64,000 bases of DNA from assembly GCA_035544575.1 (NCBI GenBank), contig DATKEC010000132.1, positions 3,464 to 67,463 of the forward strand, given 5' to 3'. Shown piece after piece: positions 49,704 to 58,790 of this stretch. The translations under genes were made by a program, and so were the position numbers. Below the pieces are notes generated by a model. It had not been told where the DNA came from. It saw nothing but the letters and a program-made list of their open reading frames with translations, and did no database searches. The DNA comes from Acidimicrobiia bacterium (GTDB lineage Bacteria > Actinomycetota > Acidimicrobiia > Spongiisociales > ZC4RG35). Each line of letters starts with the position of its first letter. Within the stretch, counting starts at the first letter, position 1.

Positions 49704-49946
49704 ATGCGCGCCGTCGACGACGGGTTCGAGGTGGATGTCTGGGTGGTGCCGGGCGCCTCACGCGACTCGGTGGATGGCACTCACGGCGAGGCCTTGAAGG
49801 TGCGGGTGACCGCCCCGCCCGACCGGGGTAGGGCAAACCAGGCGGTCGCGGCCCTCCTCACGGCGCACTTCGGAACGCCCGCCATCCTCCTCCGCGGCGC
49901 AACCTCCCGCCACAAGACCTACCGAATCGCGTTTCTTAGCGAATGA
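49704..49946 (+). CDS. DUF167 (YggU/UPF0235) family protein
   Basis: …FEVDVWVVPGASRDSVDGTHGEALKVRVTAPPDRGRANQAVAALLTAHFG… The alternative GTG at 49692 is in frame. Confidence 0.65.
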   Translation: MRAVDDGFEVDVWVVPGASRDSVDGTHGEALKVRVTAPPDRGRANQAVAALLTAHFGTPAILLRGATSRHKTYRIAFLSE

Positions 49947-49993
49947 GCGTTACAAAAACGTGTCGCTTCGCGTGGCGAAACCGGGATCTTGCC

Positions 49994-51163
49994 TCAGGAC
50001 GTGGCAAGCCGTCGCTCGAGCGGGGTCGCAAAGCGCGGAGTGAACCTGCTCGGTCCGATGAACTGCGAGAGCCGTGCTGCCTCCACCTCGACCAGCCTCC
50101 GACCCTCGGCGGGAATGTCCTCGAGATACTCGATCGCCAACTCGCCGTCGGCCCGCTGCGCCCAGCCGCCCACCACCCGGCCATTCCACCAGACGGTCGG
50201 CCCGACGTTGCCGTTGCGGTCGAAGAGGTGTGGAACGTGGTCGCCGAGATACCAGTCCCGTTGCTTCCAGCCCATCGGAGTGGAGTCGAGGGCCGGGAGC
50301 AGCGCAGCCCACGGGTACACCGGGTCGACCGGCGCCAGATCGTCGGCAAGGACGAAACCCGGTCCGCCCTCCAATTCCACCTCCACCGCCCCGACGTCGC
50401 CCAGCGCCGTCCGTGTCTGACCGAGATTCCAGCCGGTCCACCATTGGAGGTCGGTGACCGTCCCGGGGCCATATCCGGACAACCAGGCACGGGCCAGGTG
50501 AGCCCTCGCCACGGCGGCGTCCATCTCGGCGACGTCGGTGCCGATCCACCGGCTCATGGGCGCATAGCGATACTGGCTGCTGATCCATGTTCCGAGCGGC
50601 CTCGTCCGGGCGAGCACACCGGATGCGGTCATGAGCAGCACGATCCGGCTCCCCACCGACAACGACCCGGTTTGGGAGCCGACGGGCGGGACGAAACGCC
50701 GGTCGAGTTCCGGCCGACCGGTGGTGAGTTCCCGCGTCGAAGCCTCTCCGATCTCTTCGAGCATGTCGAGTACGACCTCGACCATGGAGTCGATGTGCGC
50801 CGCGCCGTCGGAGGCCACTCCGGTTGTCTCGAACCATCCCGCCAGCCGTTTGCGCTCTCTGGCGACGAAGGAGTCGGTGTAGGCGCGCTGGACGACGCTG
50901 ATCCGGGGGACGGGAACGACGAAGAGGGTGCGCCGCATCCCGAGCATCCGCAGGCTGGTCCGTTGCTCATACAGGGCGGATTCGACCTCGGCGACGGAGT
51001 CGGCTGCGCCCCGCGCGGCGAATGCGAGAAACACCGTGACCGGGTCGGTCGAGTGAAGCCCGACGAGGGCTGCGGCGAGGTCGTCGACGGTGGCCGGGGA
51101 GTCCACCAGCCGGTGGCGTCGGGCCAGTCGCCACCGTCGCTCCTGGTCCGAGATGAGCCTCAC
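49994..51163 (-). CDS. winged-helix DNA-binding domain protein, DUF1006 / AlkZ–YcaQ-like putative DNA glycosylase
   Basis: 389 aa. N-terminal …RRWRLARRHRLV…VGLHSTDP… arrangement and overall length resemble the YcaQ/AlkZ family. GTG start. Confidence 0.5.
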   Translation of the reverse strand: MRLISDQERRWRLARRHRLVDSPATVDDLAAALVGLHSTDPVTVFLAFAARGAADSVAEVESALYEQRTSLRMLGMRRTLFVVPVPRISVVQRAYTDSFVARERKRLAGWFETTGVASDGAAHIDSMVEVVLDMLEEIGEASTRELTTGRPELDRRFVPPVGSQTGSLSVGSRIVLLMTASGVLARTRPLGTWISSQYRYAPMSRWIGTDVAEMDAAVARAHLARAWLSGYGPGTVTDLQWWTGWNLGQTRTALGDVGAVEVELEGGPGFVLADDLAPVDPVYPWAALLPALDSTPMGWKQRDWYLGDHVPHLFDRNGNVGPTVWWNGRVVGGWAQRADGELAIEYLEDIPAEGRRLVEVEAARLSQFIGPSRFTPRFATPLERRLATS

Positions 51164-51216
51164 GCGATTGCCACCTGCATGGCGGACGAGCGTAGAGCCC
51201 GTTCTCCACTGCCAAA

Positions 51217-51251
51217 CGCGTCAGTAATGACGCGCTGCCCCGCTAAAAAGC
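51217..51251 (+). promoter_or_regulatory. 35-bp conserved element, copy C (CGCGTCAGTAATGACGCGCTGCCCCGCTAAAAAGC)
   Basis: Seen in sequence. Abuts the stop of the thioredoxin-like gene and lies 54 nt upstream of the AlkZ-like GTG. Confidence 0.6.
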
Positions 51252-51616
51252 TATCTGGGGCTGGCGGAGTGGAGGTGTTTGGCGAGGACGTCCTTCTTGA
51301 CGAGGCCCGAAGCGCGCCAGCGCTGAGTGAACGTGTTGGCGCCCGGTCGGGTCGTCAGCACCATGAAGGTCGGCGTCGACATCACCTTGAACTTCAAGAA
51401 CGCGTCCGGAACCCGGGCGGCGTTGGCTTTGACGACGTGGGCGACCCCGTCGAACTCCTCGGCGAGTTCGTTGACGATCCCATCCATCGTCCGGCACGGC
51501 TGGCAGTTGGTCTGCATGAAATCGATGAGGACCGGCTGACCGGACCTCACCAATTCGTCGAGGTGTGAGACCGACTCGAGGTCGATCGGTTTGGTTCTCT
51601 TCGTGAACAATCCCAT
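51251..51616 (-). CDS. thioredoxin-like protein with atypical CQPC active site
   Basis: 121 aa. …[27 protein letters not shown]…[12 protein letters not shown]… thioredoxin fold. The longer track ORF (to 52357) is an antisense artefact over moaA. Confidence 0.75.
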   Translation of the reverse strand: MGLFTKRTKPIDLESVSHLDELVRSGQPVLIDFMQTNCQPCRTMDGIVNELAEEFDGVAHVVKANAARVPDAFLKFKVMSTPTFMVLTTRPGANTFTQRWRASGLVKKDVLAKHLHSASPR

Positions 51617-51694
51617 TGCGTGGTGCAACGATGGTCGACGACGAGCCATTCCGCCAGATGGCTCTGTTTCATAGCGGGGTACCCTCAACATTGC

Positions 51695-52705
51695 ATGCCT
51701 GAACTCGTCGACACCCGCAACCGGCCCGTCCGGGACCTCCGCATCTCGGTCACCGACCGGTGCAACTTCCGATGCACCTACTGCATGCCGAAGGAGATCT
51801 TCTCCCGCGACTACGAGTTCCTCGATCGTCACAGTCTGCTCACCTTCGAAGAGATCGAGAGGGTCGCCCGGTCCTTCGTCCGCCACGGCGTTTCGAAGAT
51901 TCGGCTCACGGGAGGCGAACCGCTCCTCCGCAAAGGCCTCGAGGAGCTCATCTCCCGGCTGAGCGCGATCGAAGGCGTCGACGACCTCACGCTGACAACC
52001 AACGGATCCCTCCTCGCCCGCAAAGCCATCAAGCTCGCCGAGGCCGGTCTCCACCGCGTCACCGTGTCGCTCGATTCGATGGACGACGAGGTGTTCATGG
52101 CAATGAACGACGTCGGGTTTCCGGTTGCGGCGGTGCTGGAGGGGATCGACGCCGCCGCCGAGGCGGGCCTGACCCCGATCAAGGTCAACATGGTCGTCAA
52201 GCGGGGCGTGAACGACGAGTCGATCGTCGATGTCGCCGAACACTTCCGGGGCACGGGTCACATCGTCCGGTTCATCGAGTACATGGATGTCGGCACGACC
52301 AACGGCTGGGTGCTCGACGATGTCGTCCCGGCCGCCGAGATCGTCGGCCGAATCCACGCCCGCTTCCCCCTCGCACCGGCTGCCGCCAACTACGTGGGTG
52401 AGGTGGCGAATCGCTGGAGCTACGTCGACGGGGCTGGCGAGGTCGGTGTGATCGCGTCCGTAACTGAGCCTTTCTGTGGAGACTGCACCCGGGTCAGGCT
52501 CAGCGCCGAAGGCTCGATCTACACCTGCCTCTTCGCCTCGAGCGGCGCCGACTTCCGAGCGCTGCTGCGCGACGGCGGGACGGACGACGACCTCGATGCG
52601 CTGGTCAGCACGGTCTGGGCGGGCCGGACGGATCGCTACTCGGAGATCCGCTCGCGGGCGACGCGCGCCCGGACCCGTATCGAGATGTCCTACATCGGCG
52701 GCTGA
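51695..52705 (+). CDS. moaA: GTP 3',8-cyclase (molybdenum cofactor biosynthesis protein A)
   Basis: …[17 protein letters not shown]… radical-SAM cluster and C-terminal …[13 protein letters not shown]… second cluster. ATG at 51695. Confidence 0.9.
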   Translation: MPELVDTRNRPVRDLRISVTDRCNFRCTYCMPKEIFSRDYEFLDRHSLLTFEEIERVARSFVRHGVSKIRLTGGEPLLRKGLEELISRLSAIEGVDDLTLTTNGSLLARKAIKLAEAGLHRVTVSLDSMDDEVFMAMNDVGFPVAAVLEGIDAAAEAGLTPIKVNMVVKRGVNDESIVDVAEHFRGTGHIVRFIEYMDVGTTNGWVLDDVVPAAEIVGRIHARFPLAPAAANYVGEVANRWSYVDGAGEVGVIASVTEPFCGDCTRVRLSAEGSIYTCLFASSGADFRALLRDGGTDDDLDALVSTVWAGRTDRYSEIRSRATRARTRIEMSYIGG

Positions 52706-52880
52706 CTGCCAGCGCGGCCCTCTGACCAGGAGGTTTACGGTCGTGCGGCGTCAACGTTTCGCACAGATTCCGCGAGAGCACCGAGCGCGGCGTCGATCGC
52801 GTCCCGGGCCCGGTCCTCAGACTCAGGCATCAGATGGGCGTAAGTCCTCTCGTCAGCGGTCGGCCAGATACGAGCGTCGG

Positions 52881-53567
52881 TCACATGTCGGTAGTCGTCT
52901 CGATGCTCATGGAGCTCGACATGTGGAGACCGGGGAGGAGCCACGGATTCCACGGCGCCAACACTGCCGCGACCAGCAGGAGGGCGCCCACCGCGGAAGC
53001 GAACCTCCGTCCGTACCTCCAGACCTTCTCCACCAGGATCACGACGGCGAGCGCGGCCATCACCGCGATGTTCATGGCGCCGACCGCGATCAGGACGATC
53101 ATCAGCCCCCAGCAGCAGCCGACGCAGTAGGCGCCGTGATGCATACCCACCCGGAGATCCCGAACGGGACCTCGGAAGCTGGCGTAATGGAACAGCGACC
53201 CGATCGGTGAGCGACAGTGGCGAAGACACGCGCGCTTTAGCGGCGTGAGCTGGTAGATGCCCGCGAGGGCGAAGATCGCCGAGCCCACCCACTTCGCGGC
53301 GCTGGGAGATGTGTCGACGAGCCGCTCGGCCCCGAGCAGTGCGATGTAGGCGAGGAGCCCGAAAGCCGTCCAGACGATCAGGTATCCGGCCAGGAACTGC
53401 CCCACCCCGCTAACGCGCTGCCAGGTCGTCTCGCGGGCAGAGACGGATCGGACCCAGACGACGACCATCGGCGCAACGGAGGGCAGCATCATGGCCGCCA
53501 TCATCACGACCCAGAGCGACAGGAACGCGAGGAGCGTCAGCCCCATGGTCCCCGGGCCGATGCCCAT
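52881..53567 (-). CDS. DUF2182 predicted metal-binding integral membrane protein
   Basis: Multi-TM protein with CLRHC and CVGCC motifs. Canonical partner of DUF1326. Confidence 0.7.
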   Translation of the reverse strand: MGIGPGTMGLTLLAFLSLWVVMMAAMMLPSVAPMVVVWVRSVSARETTWQRVSGVGQFLAGYLIVWTAFGLLAYIALLGAERLVDTSPSAAKWVGSAIFALAGIYQLTPLKRACLRHCRSPIGSLFHYASFRGPVRDLRVGMHHGAYCVGCCWGLMIVLIAVGAMNIAVMAALAVVILVEKVWRYGRRFASAVGALLLVAAVLAPWNPWLLPGLHMSSSMSIETTTDM

Positions 53568-53688
53568 CCCGTTGGCCTGGTTGACCGTGACGATCCAGGC
53601 GAGCGCAGCCAGCGCGCACAGCGCGAGCCACCATGACAGGAGCTGCTTCAGCGGGAGGCCGAGCGACGGCGCTTTTGCCGCGTCCGTG

Positions 53689-54282
53689 TCAGCCGTCGTA
53701 CTTGAAGTGGGTAACGAAGCTATTTGTGCCCGCGTATTCGACGTCCCAATGACCGTGGTAGCTGACGTCTCCGGCCTTGGCCTGCGTCATGGGTTGCGTG
53801 ACCACCCCCAGAAGAGGGTTGGTGATGGCTGGCGGGTTCTCGCCGTCCATCCCCTTGAGCTCCTCCGCCGACATGGTCAGGACATTGGCGACCTCGGCGC
53901 GCAGCGAGCCGTTCGACCGGTCGAACGTGATCGAAGCCGGCGCCACGCCGACGACCTCACTGATCAACGGTCCGAGCGCCGCCAGGTGGCCGCCAGCCCC
54001 GCCCGAGAAGACGGCACCGAGCGCCTCGGACTGCTCCGGCGTGGCGCGGTCGTCCAAATAGAGCGCGACCTTCCAGCCGCCGTCGGTCATCTGCTTCGGG
54101 GAGTGCAAGGCCATCACGGCGTTCATACCCGAGAGATCCACGCCGTCTTTCTCACCCTTCGAGACGTGCCACGCGAGCATGAGGTCGCAGGCGTCCTTAT
54201 CGGCCGGTTTGAGCCAGATACAGGGGCAACTCACATCACAGTTGCAGGTCTCGAAGTAGTCACCTTCGACCGAGAAGCTCAT
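53689..54282 (-). CDS. DUF1326 family protein
   Basis: MSFSVEGDYFETCNCDVSCPCIW… conserved DUF1326 N-terminus. Confidence 0.8.
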   Translation of the reverse strand: MSFSVEGDYFETCNCDVSCPCIWLKPADKDACDLMLAWHVSKGEKDGVDLSGMNAVMALHSPKQMTDGGWKVALYLDDRATPEQSEALGAVFSGGAGGHLAALGPLISEVVGVAPASITFDRSNGSLRAEVANVLTMSAEELKGMDGENPPAITNPLLGVVTQPMTQAKAGDVSYHGHWDVEYAGTNSFVTHFKYDG

Positions 54283-55058
54283 CCGAAACCCCTTTCATCG
54301 ATGCGATGGGCGGCCTACGCGGAGTGTAAGCGACCCTACCGCAGCATGACGGGCGCACGCCGGCCGACTTCTCGATGAAGTCTCGTCGAGGACTCGAGTC
54401 GCTATCGACGCCTGTCGCGCGAGTCGGTTATTGCGTTCGTGCACGCGGACGTTCGACGCGCGATCGCTCCCTACCCTCACGCTGTTTTCCGATCTGTTGG
54501 CGCCCTCGGCAACTCGAACTTGCGACACCCCGTTGAAACCGGTGCCCCATCTCCCTGGGGCTACGGGGGCGTGAACTTGCAGCGAGTCGAGGGTGTGATC
54601 TCACGGCTGAACGAGCACAGCCTGGCCTCAGGCTCACTCATTCCAACTGGGACGCCACTGCCCTGCGGTTCTTGATCACAAACCAACCCATCGAGGCTCC
54701 AGCGCCGCGAGGATAAATCCGACAGCGATCGAGAGAGTTGGATCACCAGGGCCGTGACGATACGAATTCATCCCGGTCGACGGGAAGCACCACACCGACT
54801 CGCCGATCATCACGGGACGGCGGGCAACCGGTATCGACGCTCGAACCTCGACAGTCGGATCCCCGAACGCGGTCCCAAACAGCGATAGGTAGAACACGCG
54901 CATGCGGGCCCGCCGAATCGCGCTGACCCATAAGAGGGCTGTTTCGGCCCGTTACTCACGTTCCGCGGATATCCAGAGACGCCTCGTCAGATCGAACCAC
55001 AGCAGCCCGAATGATGGCGAAGACCAACCTTCGCCCGTGGTCCGGCTGACGGCGGGTC

Positions 55059-55502
55059 TCAGGCCGTGTGGACCTCGCTGACGCGTCTGTCGACATCGCG
55101 GATCCCGAGTCCGATGAGCACGAACAGCACGCCCATTCCGATGGCCATCGCCGCCACGCCGAAGGCGAGGATCGAAGTGAACAGCGACGCCTGGAGGAAC
55201 GACGACGTCAGCGCGGTCTGGCGCCGAGGATCTTCACGATCCAGCTCGGCGTAGTAGAGCCCCTCGGTGGTCTCCAGGGTGTGCTTTTCGATGATGTCGG
55301 CTTGGCAGTAGGCGGTGAATGGCCCTGCCACCGAGCGTCCCGGCAGGCATGCATCGTCTGATGTGACGATCTGTTGGTCTGCCAGAGTTGTACTGACCAT
55401 GAGCCAGGTGGCGGCGCCTCCGACGATGAGCACGATGCCAAGCAGGATCGAGGCAACTGACGCGGTCTTCCGCACGATCTTCCCCTTTCGTTTTACGTCC
55501 AC
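55059..55502 (-). CDS. small membrane protein (hypothetical)
   Basis: GTG at 55502 (VDVKRKGKIV…), two TM helices. The long N-terminal extension in the track (to 56267) is antisense to mobA. Confidence 0.5.
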   Translation of the reverse strand: MDVKRKGKIVRKTASVASILLGIVLIVGGAATWLMVSTTLADQQIVTSDDACLPGRSVAGPFTAYCQADIIEKHTLETTEGLYYAELDREDPRRQTALTSSFLQASLFTSILAFGVAAMAIGMGVLFVLIGLGIRDVDRRVSEVHTA

Positions 55503-55522
55503 GACGGTAGACGGGACCGGGA

Positions 55523-56017
55523 TCAGATGAGTGCTTCGACGGCGTAGCCGATTCCGATCAGTACGCCCGTGGTGAGCGCATGGCTGAGGAGGGTCACGAC
55601 TGCCGCCATGTCGAGACGGGCGAGGGTGACTCGCTGGAGCATGAAGATTCCGGCCAGGAGCCACCACGTGATGCCGATGGGTGGGCCGATGGTCGGCACC
55701 GGGATGAGCAGCAGCGGAAGTGACGTCGCCGTGATGGTGGCCGTCGTTTCGGCGAGGGTGACTTGTTGCCGGGCGATGCGTGTCACGAGCCTGAGCACGA
55801 ACGCCGCCAGCAGGGCTGTCAGAGGGGCGAGAACGGGTGTCAGAACCGTGGGGAGGATCTCGAAGGTGGTGAGCCCGACGACGAATGTCGCGATGACCGC
55901 AAAGCCGATCAGCCCGTCGTCGGCGACGGCTGGATCCTCCTTGAGTGCTTCGGCGGCGGTTCTCCTGCCGGTCGACGCGTCCCAGATCGTGCGGGCGATG
56001 CGTCGCAGGGCTCTCAC
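55523..56017 (-). CDS. polytopic membrane protein (hypothetical)
   Basis: 164 aa, four predicted TM helices. ATGA-type overlap with the mobA stop. Confidence 0.55.
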   Translation of the reverse strand: MRALRRIARTIWDASTGRRTAAEALKEDPAVADDGLIGFAVIATFVVGLTTFEILPTVLTPVLAPLTALLAAFVLRLVTRIARQQVTLAETTATITATSLPLLLIPVPTIGPPIGITWWLLAGIFMLQRVTLARLDMAAVVTLLSHALTTGVLIGIGYAVEALI

Positions 56018-56613
56018 GGTTCACCGAACCTGTCGAGTCCCGCTTCGAGTTCGGTGGCGGAGTCAGCCGAGAACCACGAGCGACCGTCCTCGCCCCATGT
56101 CCGCCATTCGTCGTCGATGACCGGCTGGAACGAGATCCTGTCCAGCAGGCTCTGAATGCTTCCGCCACCCTCGAGTTCCTCCGAGACGTTGTCGAGGGCG
56201 GCCGCCGGGTACACCGCGCACGTCGTTTGCCGGATTCCGTCATCGACGGGTAGCACCGGAAGTTCACCGCCGACGTCGAGCAGTCGGCGCAGGGTCGGGA
56301 CCTGCACCCATGGTTGATCGACGGCGACCACCGTCAGCACGGAGTTCGGAAACTCGGCGACGGCGGCGGCCAGACCGGCGAGCGGGCCCCGGTGGGGGCT
56401 CCCCGAGTCCGAAAGCGTCCGCACTCCAGGGGGCGACTCGCTGCCACCTGCCACGATGACCTCGTCACAGACCGATCCCAAGGCACCGAGGACGTGGTTG
56501 AGCATCGTTCTCGACCCGACGACGACCTGGGCCTTGTCGACGCCCATCCGCGAAGAGCGTCCGCCGGCGAGTATCACTCCGACCGTTGATGCCATGTACG
56601 CCGATGATGTCAC
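56014..56613 (-). CDS. mobA: molybdenum cofactor guanylyltransferase
   Basis: …VGVILAGGRSSRMGVDKAQV…VVAVDQPWV… MobA nucleotidyltransferase motifs. Confidence 0.85.
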   Translation of the reverse strand: MTSSAYMASTVGVILAGGRSSRMGVDKAQVVVGSRTMLNHVLGALGSVCDEVIVAGGSESPPGVRTLSDSGSPHRGPLAGLAAAVAEFPNSVLTVVAVDQPWVQVPTLRRLLDVGGELPVLPVDDGIRQTTCAVYPAAALDNVSEELEGGGSIQSLLDRISFQPVIDDEWRTWGEDGRSWFSADSATELEAGLDRFGEP

Positions 56614-56643
56614 GTAACGCCTCCTCCCGCGCAGTCGCTCCCC

Positions 56644-57747
56644 TCATCGTCGAGCGGGAGTGCGTCGCGCCGTGCCTGTCGGCGGCACCGCGTCGCTGAG
56701 ACGCCGGGCGAGTTGATGCGCCGTGTCGTAGTAGATCTCCATGACCGCGATCCCGCGTAACGGGCGCGGAATGCCTCGACCCTGGGGCGAGGCGACGACG
56801 ACGGGGACCCGCTTGGCGGCGGCGTATCCGGCCATGACGATGCCGTAGCCGTCCCTCAGGTCGGCAAGGACCACCGCAGCGGTGTCGATGGCTCGGAATG
56901 TTTCCTTGGCGAGGTCAGCGGGCGACCGTCCGACTTCGCCCCACGACTCGAGATCACGAGCCGGACAGAACACCTCGTAACCCGCCTCTTCCAGTAGCGC
57001 GATCGTGTGATCGGCATGACGGCGGGCGTCGCTCGTGGTGGATGGGCCGAGCAGGACGACGCGGGGACGGGGAGGGTCGGCGAACCGAGCCCCTTTCGTG
57101 ACGCGGTATCCGAGCCAGAGCAACGTGGCGGTGACTGTGAGTTTGAGGGCGAAGGCACCTTCTTCTTCCAGCGCCAGCACCGTTCCCTGGAACGATGCCA
57201 CGAGTGTCCCCGCGAGAATCAGCGCGTTTCCGATCACGATCCGCCGGTTGGTGCGCCAGAACCGGAACAGGGATACGAGCGAGAGGACGATCAGGAGTAG
57301 GGCGCCCGTTCCTCCCGCGATCGCCGCCAGCAGCCGGGGTCCGAAGCCATCCGTTATCGGCGGAAAGATCGCGGACGGAACTCCCGTGGCCGGGAGCGGG
57401 TTGACGAACGGGACGGTTGTGGTCAGCGTGATCGAGATCGCGGCGATCGCTCCCACCACGACCGTCATCACATGGCCCGAGCGTCGGCCGACGACGAGGA
57501 ACATCGATCCGAGCGCCAACACCGGGATGTTCAGGATGGCTCCGAAGAGGAAGAAAGTCCGGTACGCGATGCCGTTCCAACCCACAGTCGTTCCGTAGAC
57601 GAAGGCCCAGGTGGCGATGGCGAACATCAGGATGCCCGCCGCATAGGCAGCGACGTGCGGCCGCGGGGACCGACGGTGATCCCGGATCAGGTCGATTGCG
57701 AAGACTGTGGAGGCGACTCCGCCGACCACGCCGAGGATGGCATCCAT
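56644..57747 (-). CDS. fusion protein: N-terminal ~6-TM membrane domain + C-terminal nucleoside 2-deoxyribosyltransferase-like (Rossmann) domain
   Basis: The C-terminus (VVLLGPST…AAVVLADLRDGYGIVMAGYAAAKRVPVVV) resembles the Ndt/PF05014-like fold. The N-terminal 230 aa are hydrophobic helices. Confidence 0.55.
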   Translation of the reverse strand: MDAILGVVGGVASTVFAIDLIRDHRRSPRPHVAAYAAGILMFAIATWAFVYGTTVGWNGIAYRTFFLFGAILNIPVLALGSMFLVVGRRSGHVMTVVVGAIAAISITLTTTVPFVNPLPATGVPSAIFPPITDGFGPRLLAAIAGGTGALLLIVLSLVSLFRFWRTNRRIVIGNALILAGTLVASFQGTVLALEEEGAFALKLTVTATLLWLGYRVTKGARFADPPRPRVVLLGPSTTSDARRHADHTIALLEEAGYEVFCPARDLESWGEVGRSPADLAKETFRAIDTAAVVLADLRDGYGIVMAGYAAAKRVPVVVASPQGRGIPRPLRGIAVMEIYYDTAHQLARRLSDAVPPTGTARRTPARR

Positions 57748-57758
57748 CGGCAGCGACG

Positions 57759-58790
57759 CTAGTTGGATCCCGGCTGGGGAAAGGTCGCAGCTCCTTCGAC
57801 GGACACGTCGACGCGGTCGCCGATCTCGAAGAGGGGGCTGGGACCGAGTCGGGCGCGGATGATGGAGCCGTCGGGGAGGCCGACCGTCACCAGTTGATCG
57901 TGACCGAAGAACTCACGTCGGTGAACGACGCCGGTGCCGTGTTCGGCGGGGAGCAGCGTGACGGATTCAGGACGGATCATGACAGTTACTGGTCCGTGGC
58001 CGCCGGTGGTGAACGTGCCGGCAGACGTCGCGACGACTCCGTCTTCGACTTCTCCGGGGAGGAAGTCCGCGTCGCCGAGGAACGACGCCACCCAGGTGTC
58101 GGCGGGTCGGTGGTAGAGCTCTGCGGGCGTCCCGGTCTGTATGACGCGGCCGTCGCGCATGACGGCCACGATGTCCGAGAGCGACAGGGCTTCCTCCTGG
58201 TCGTGGGTGACGAAGATCGCAGTGGTGCCGCTGCGGCGGAGGATTTCGGCGACTTCGCCCCGTACCTTGGCTCGGAGCGTCGCGTCGAGATTGGAAAACG
58301 GCTCGTCGAGGAGGATCACCTCTGGGTCGGGTGCGAGCGCGCGCGCCAATGCCACCCGCTGTTGTTCCCCGCCGGAGAGCTCGTGGGGGAGCCGGTCGGC
58401 TTTGGAGCTGAGACCGACGAGCGCGAGCACCTCGGCCACCCGGGCGGCGCGGGTCGGTCTGGCGACGCCGTAGCCGGCGTTGCGGCTCACCGTGAGGTGC
58501 GGAAACAATGCGTAGTCCTGGAACACCATGCCCACGCGGCGGCGCTCGGGCGGCACGAACACACCAGGCCCGACCACCGTCCGCCCGTCGATGTCGATCG
58601 TGCCTTGGTCCGGGCGGTCGAAGCCGGCGATGAGCCTCAACGCCGTGGTCTTGCCCGAGCCGGACGGCCCTAGCAGCGTCATCAGCGAGCCGGTCGGCAC
58701 ATCGAGGTCCAGACCGGCGAGGGCCTGAGTCTCGCCGAACCACTTTTCGAGGCCCCGCGTGCGGATGGCGGCGACGGGCGGCTCGGTCAT
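57759..58790 (-). CDS. ABC transporter ATP-binding protein (FbpC/PotA-like, C-terminal TOBE domain)
   Basis: GPSGSGKTT Walker A, LSGGEQQRVALARAL signature, ILLDEPFSNLD Walker B. Confidence 0.9.
   Translation of the reverse strand: MTEPPVAAIRTRGLEKWFGETQALAGLDLDVPTGSLMTLLGPSGSGKTTALRLIAGFDRPDQGTIDIDGRTVVGPGVFVPPERRRVGMVFQDYALFPHLTVSRNAGYGVARPTRAARVAEVLALVGLSSKADRLPHELSGGEQQRVALARALAPDPEVILLDEPFSNLDATLRAKVRGEVAEILRRSGTTAIFVTHDQEEALSLSDIVAVMRDGRVIQTGTPAELYHRPADTWVASFLGDADFLPGEVEDGVVATSAGTFTTGGHGPVTVMIRPESVTLLPAEHGTGVVHRREFFGHDQLVTVGLPDGSIIRARLGPSPLFEIGDRVDVSVEGAATFPQPGSN

Noticed and set aside
49625-49993. T-box leader expected upstream of ileS
   Set aside because: No GGGTGG-N-ACCGCG T-box sequence (reverse complement on the plus strand) found. 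The region is occupied by the plus-strand DUF167 gene instead.
51617-52357. N-terminal 247 codons of minus-strand ORF 51251..52357
   Set aside because: Antisense to moaA. Only the last 121 codons form a thioredoxin fold with their own ATG at 51616.
54295-54931. Cluster of 60-110-aa ORFs on both strands in the 775-bp gap
   Set aside because: Mutually overlapping, no RBS, low-complexity products. The region is reported as non-coding or unknown instead.
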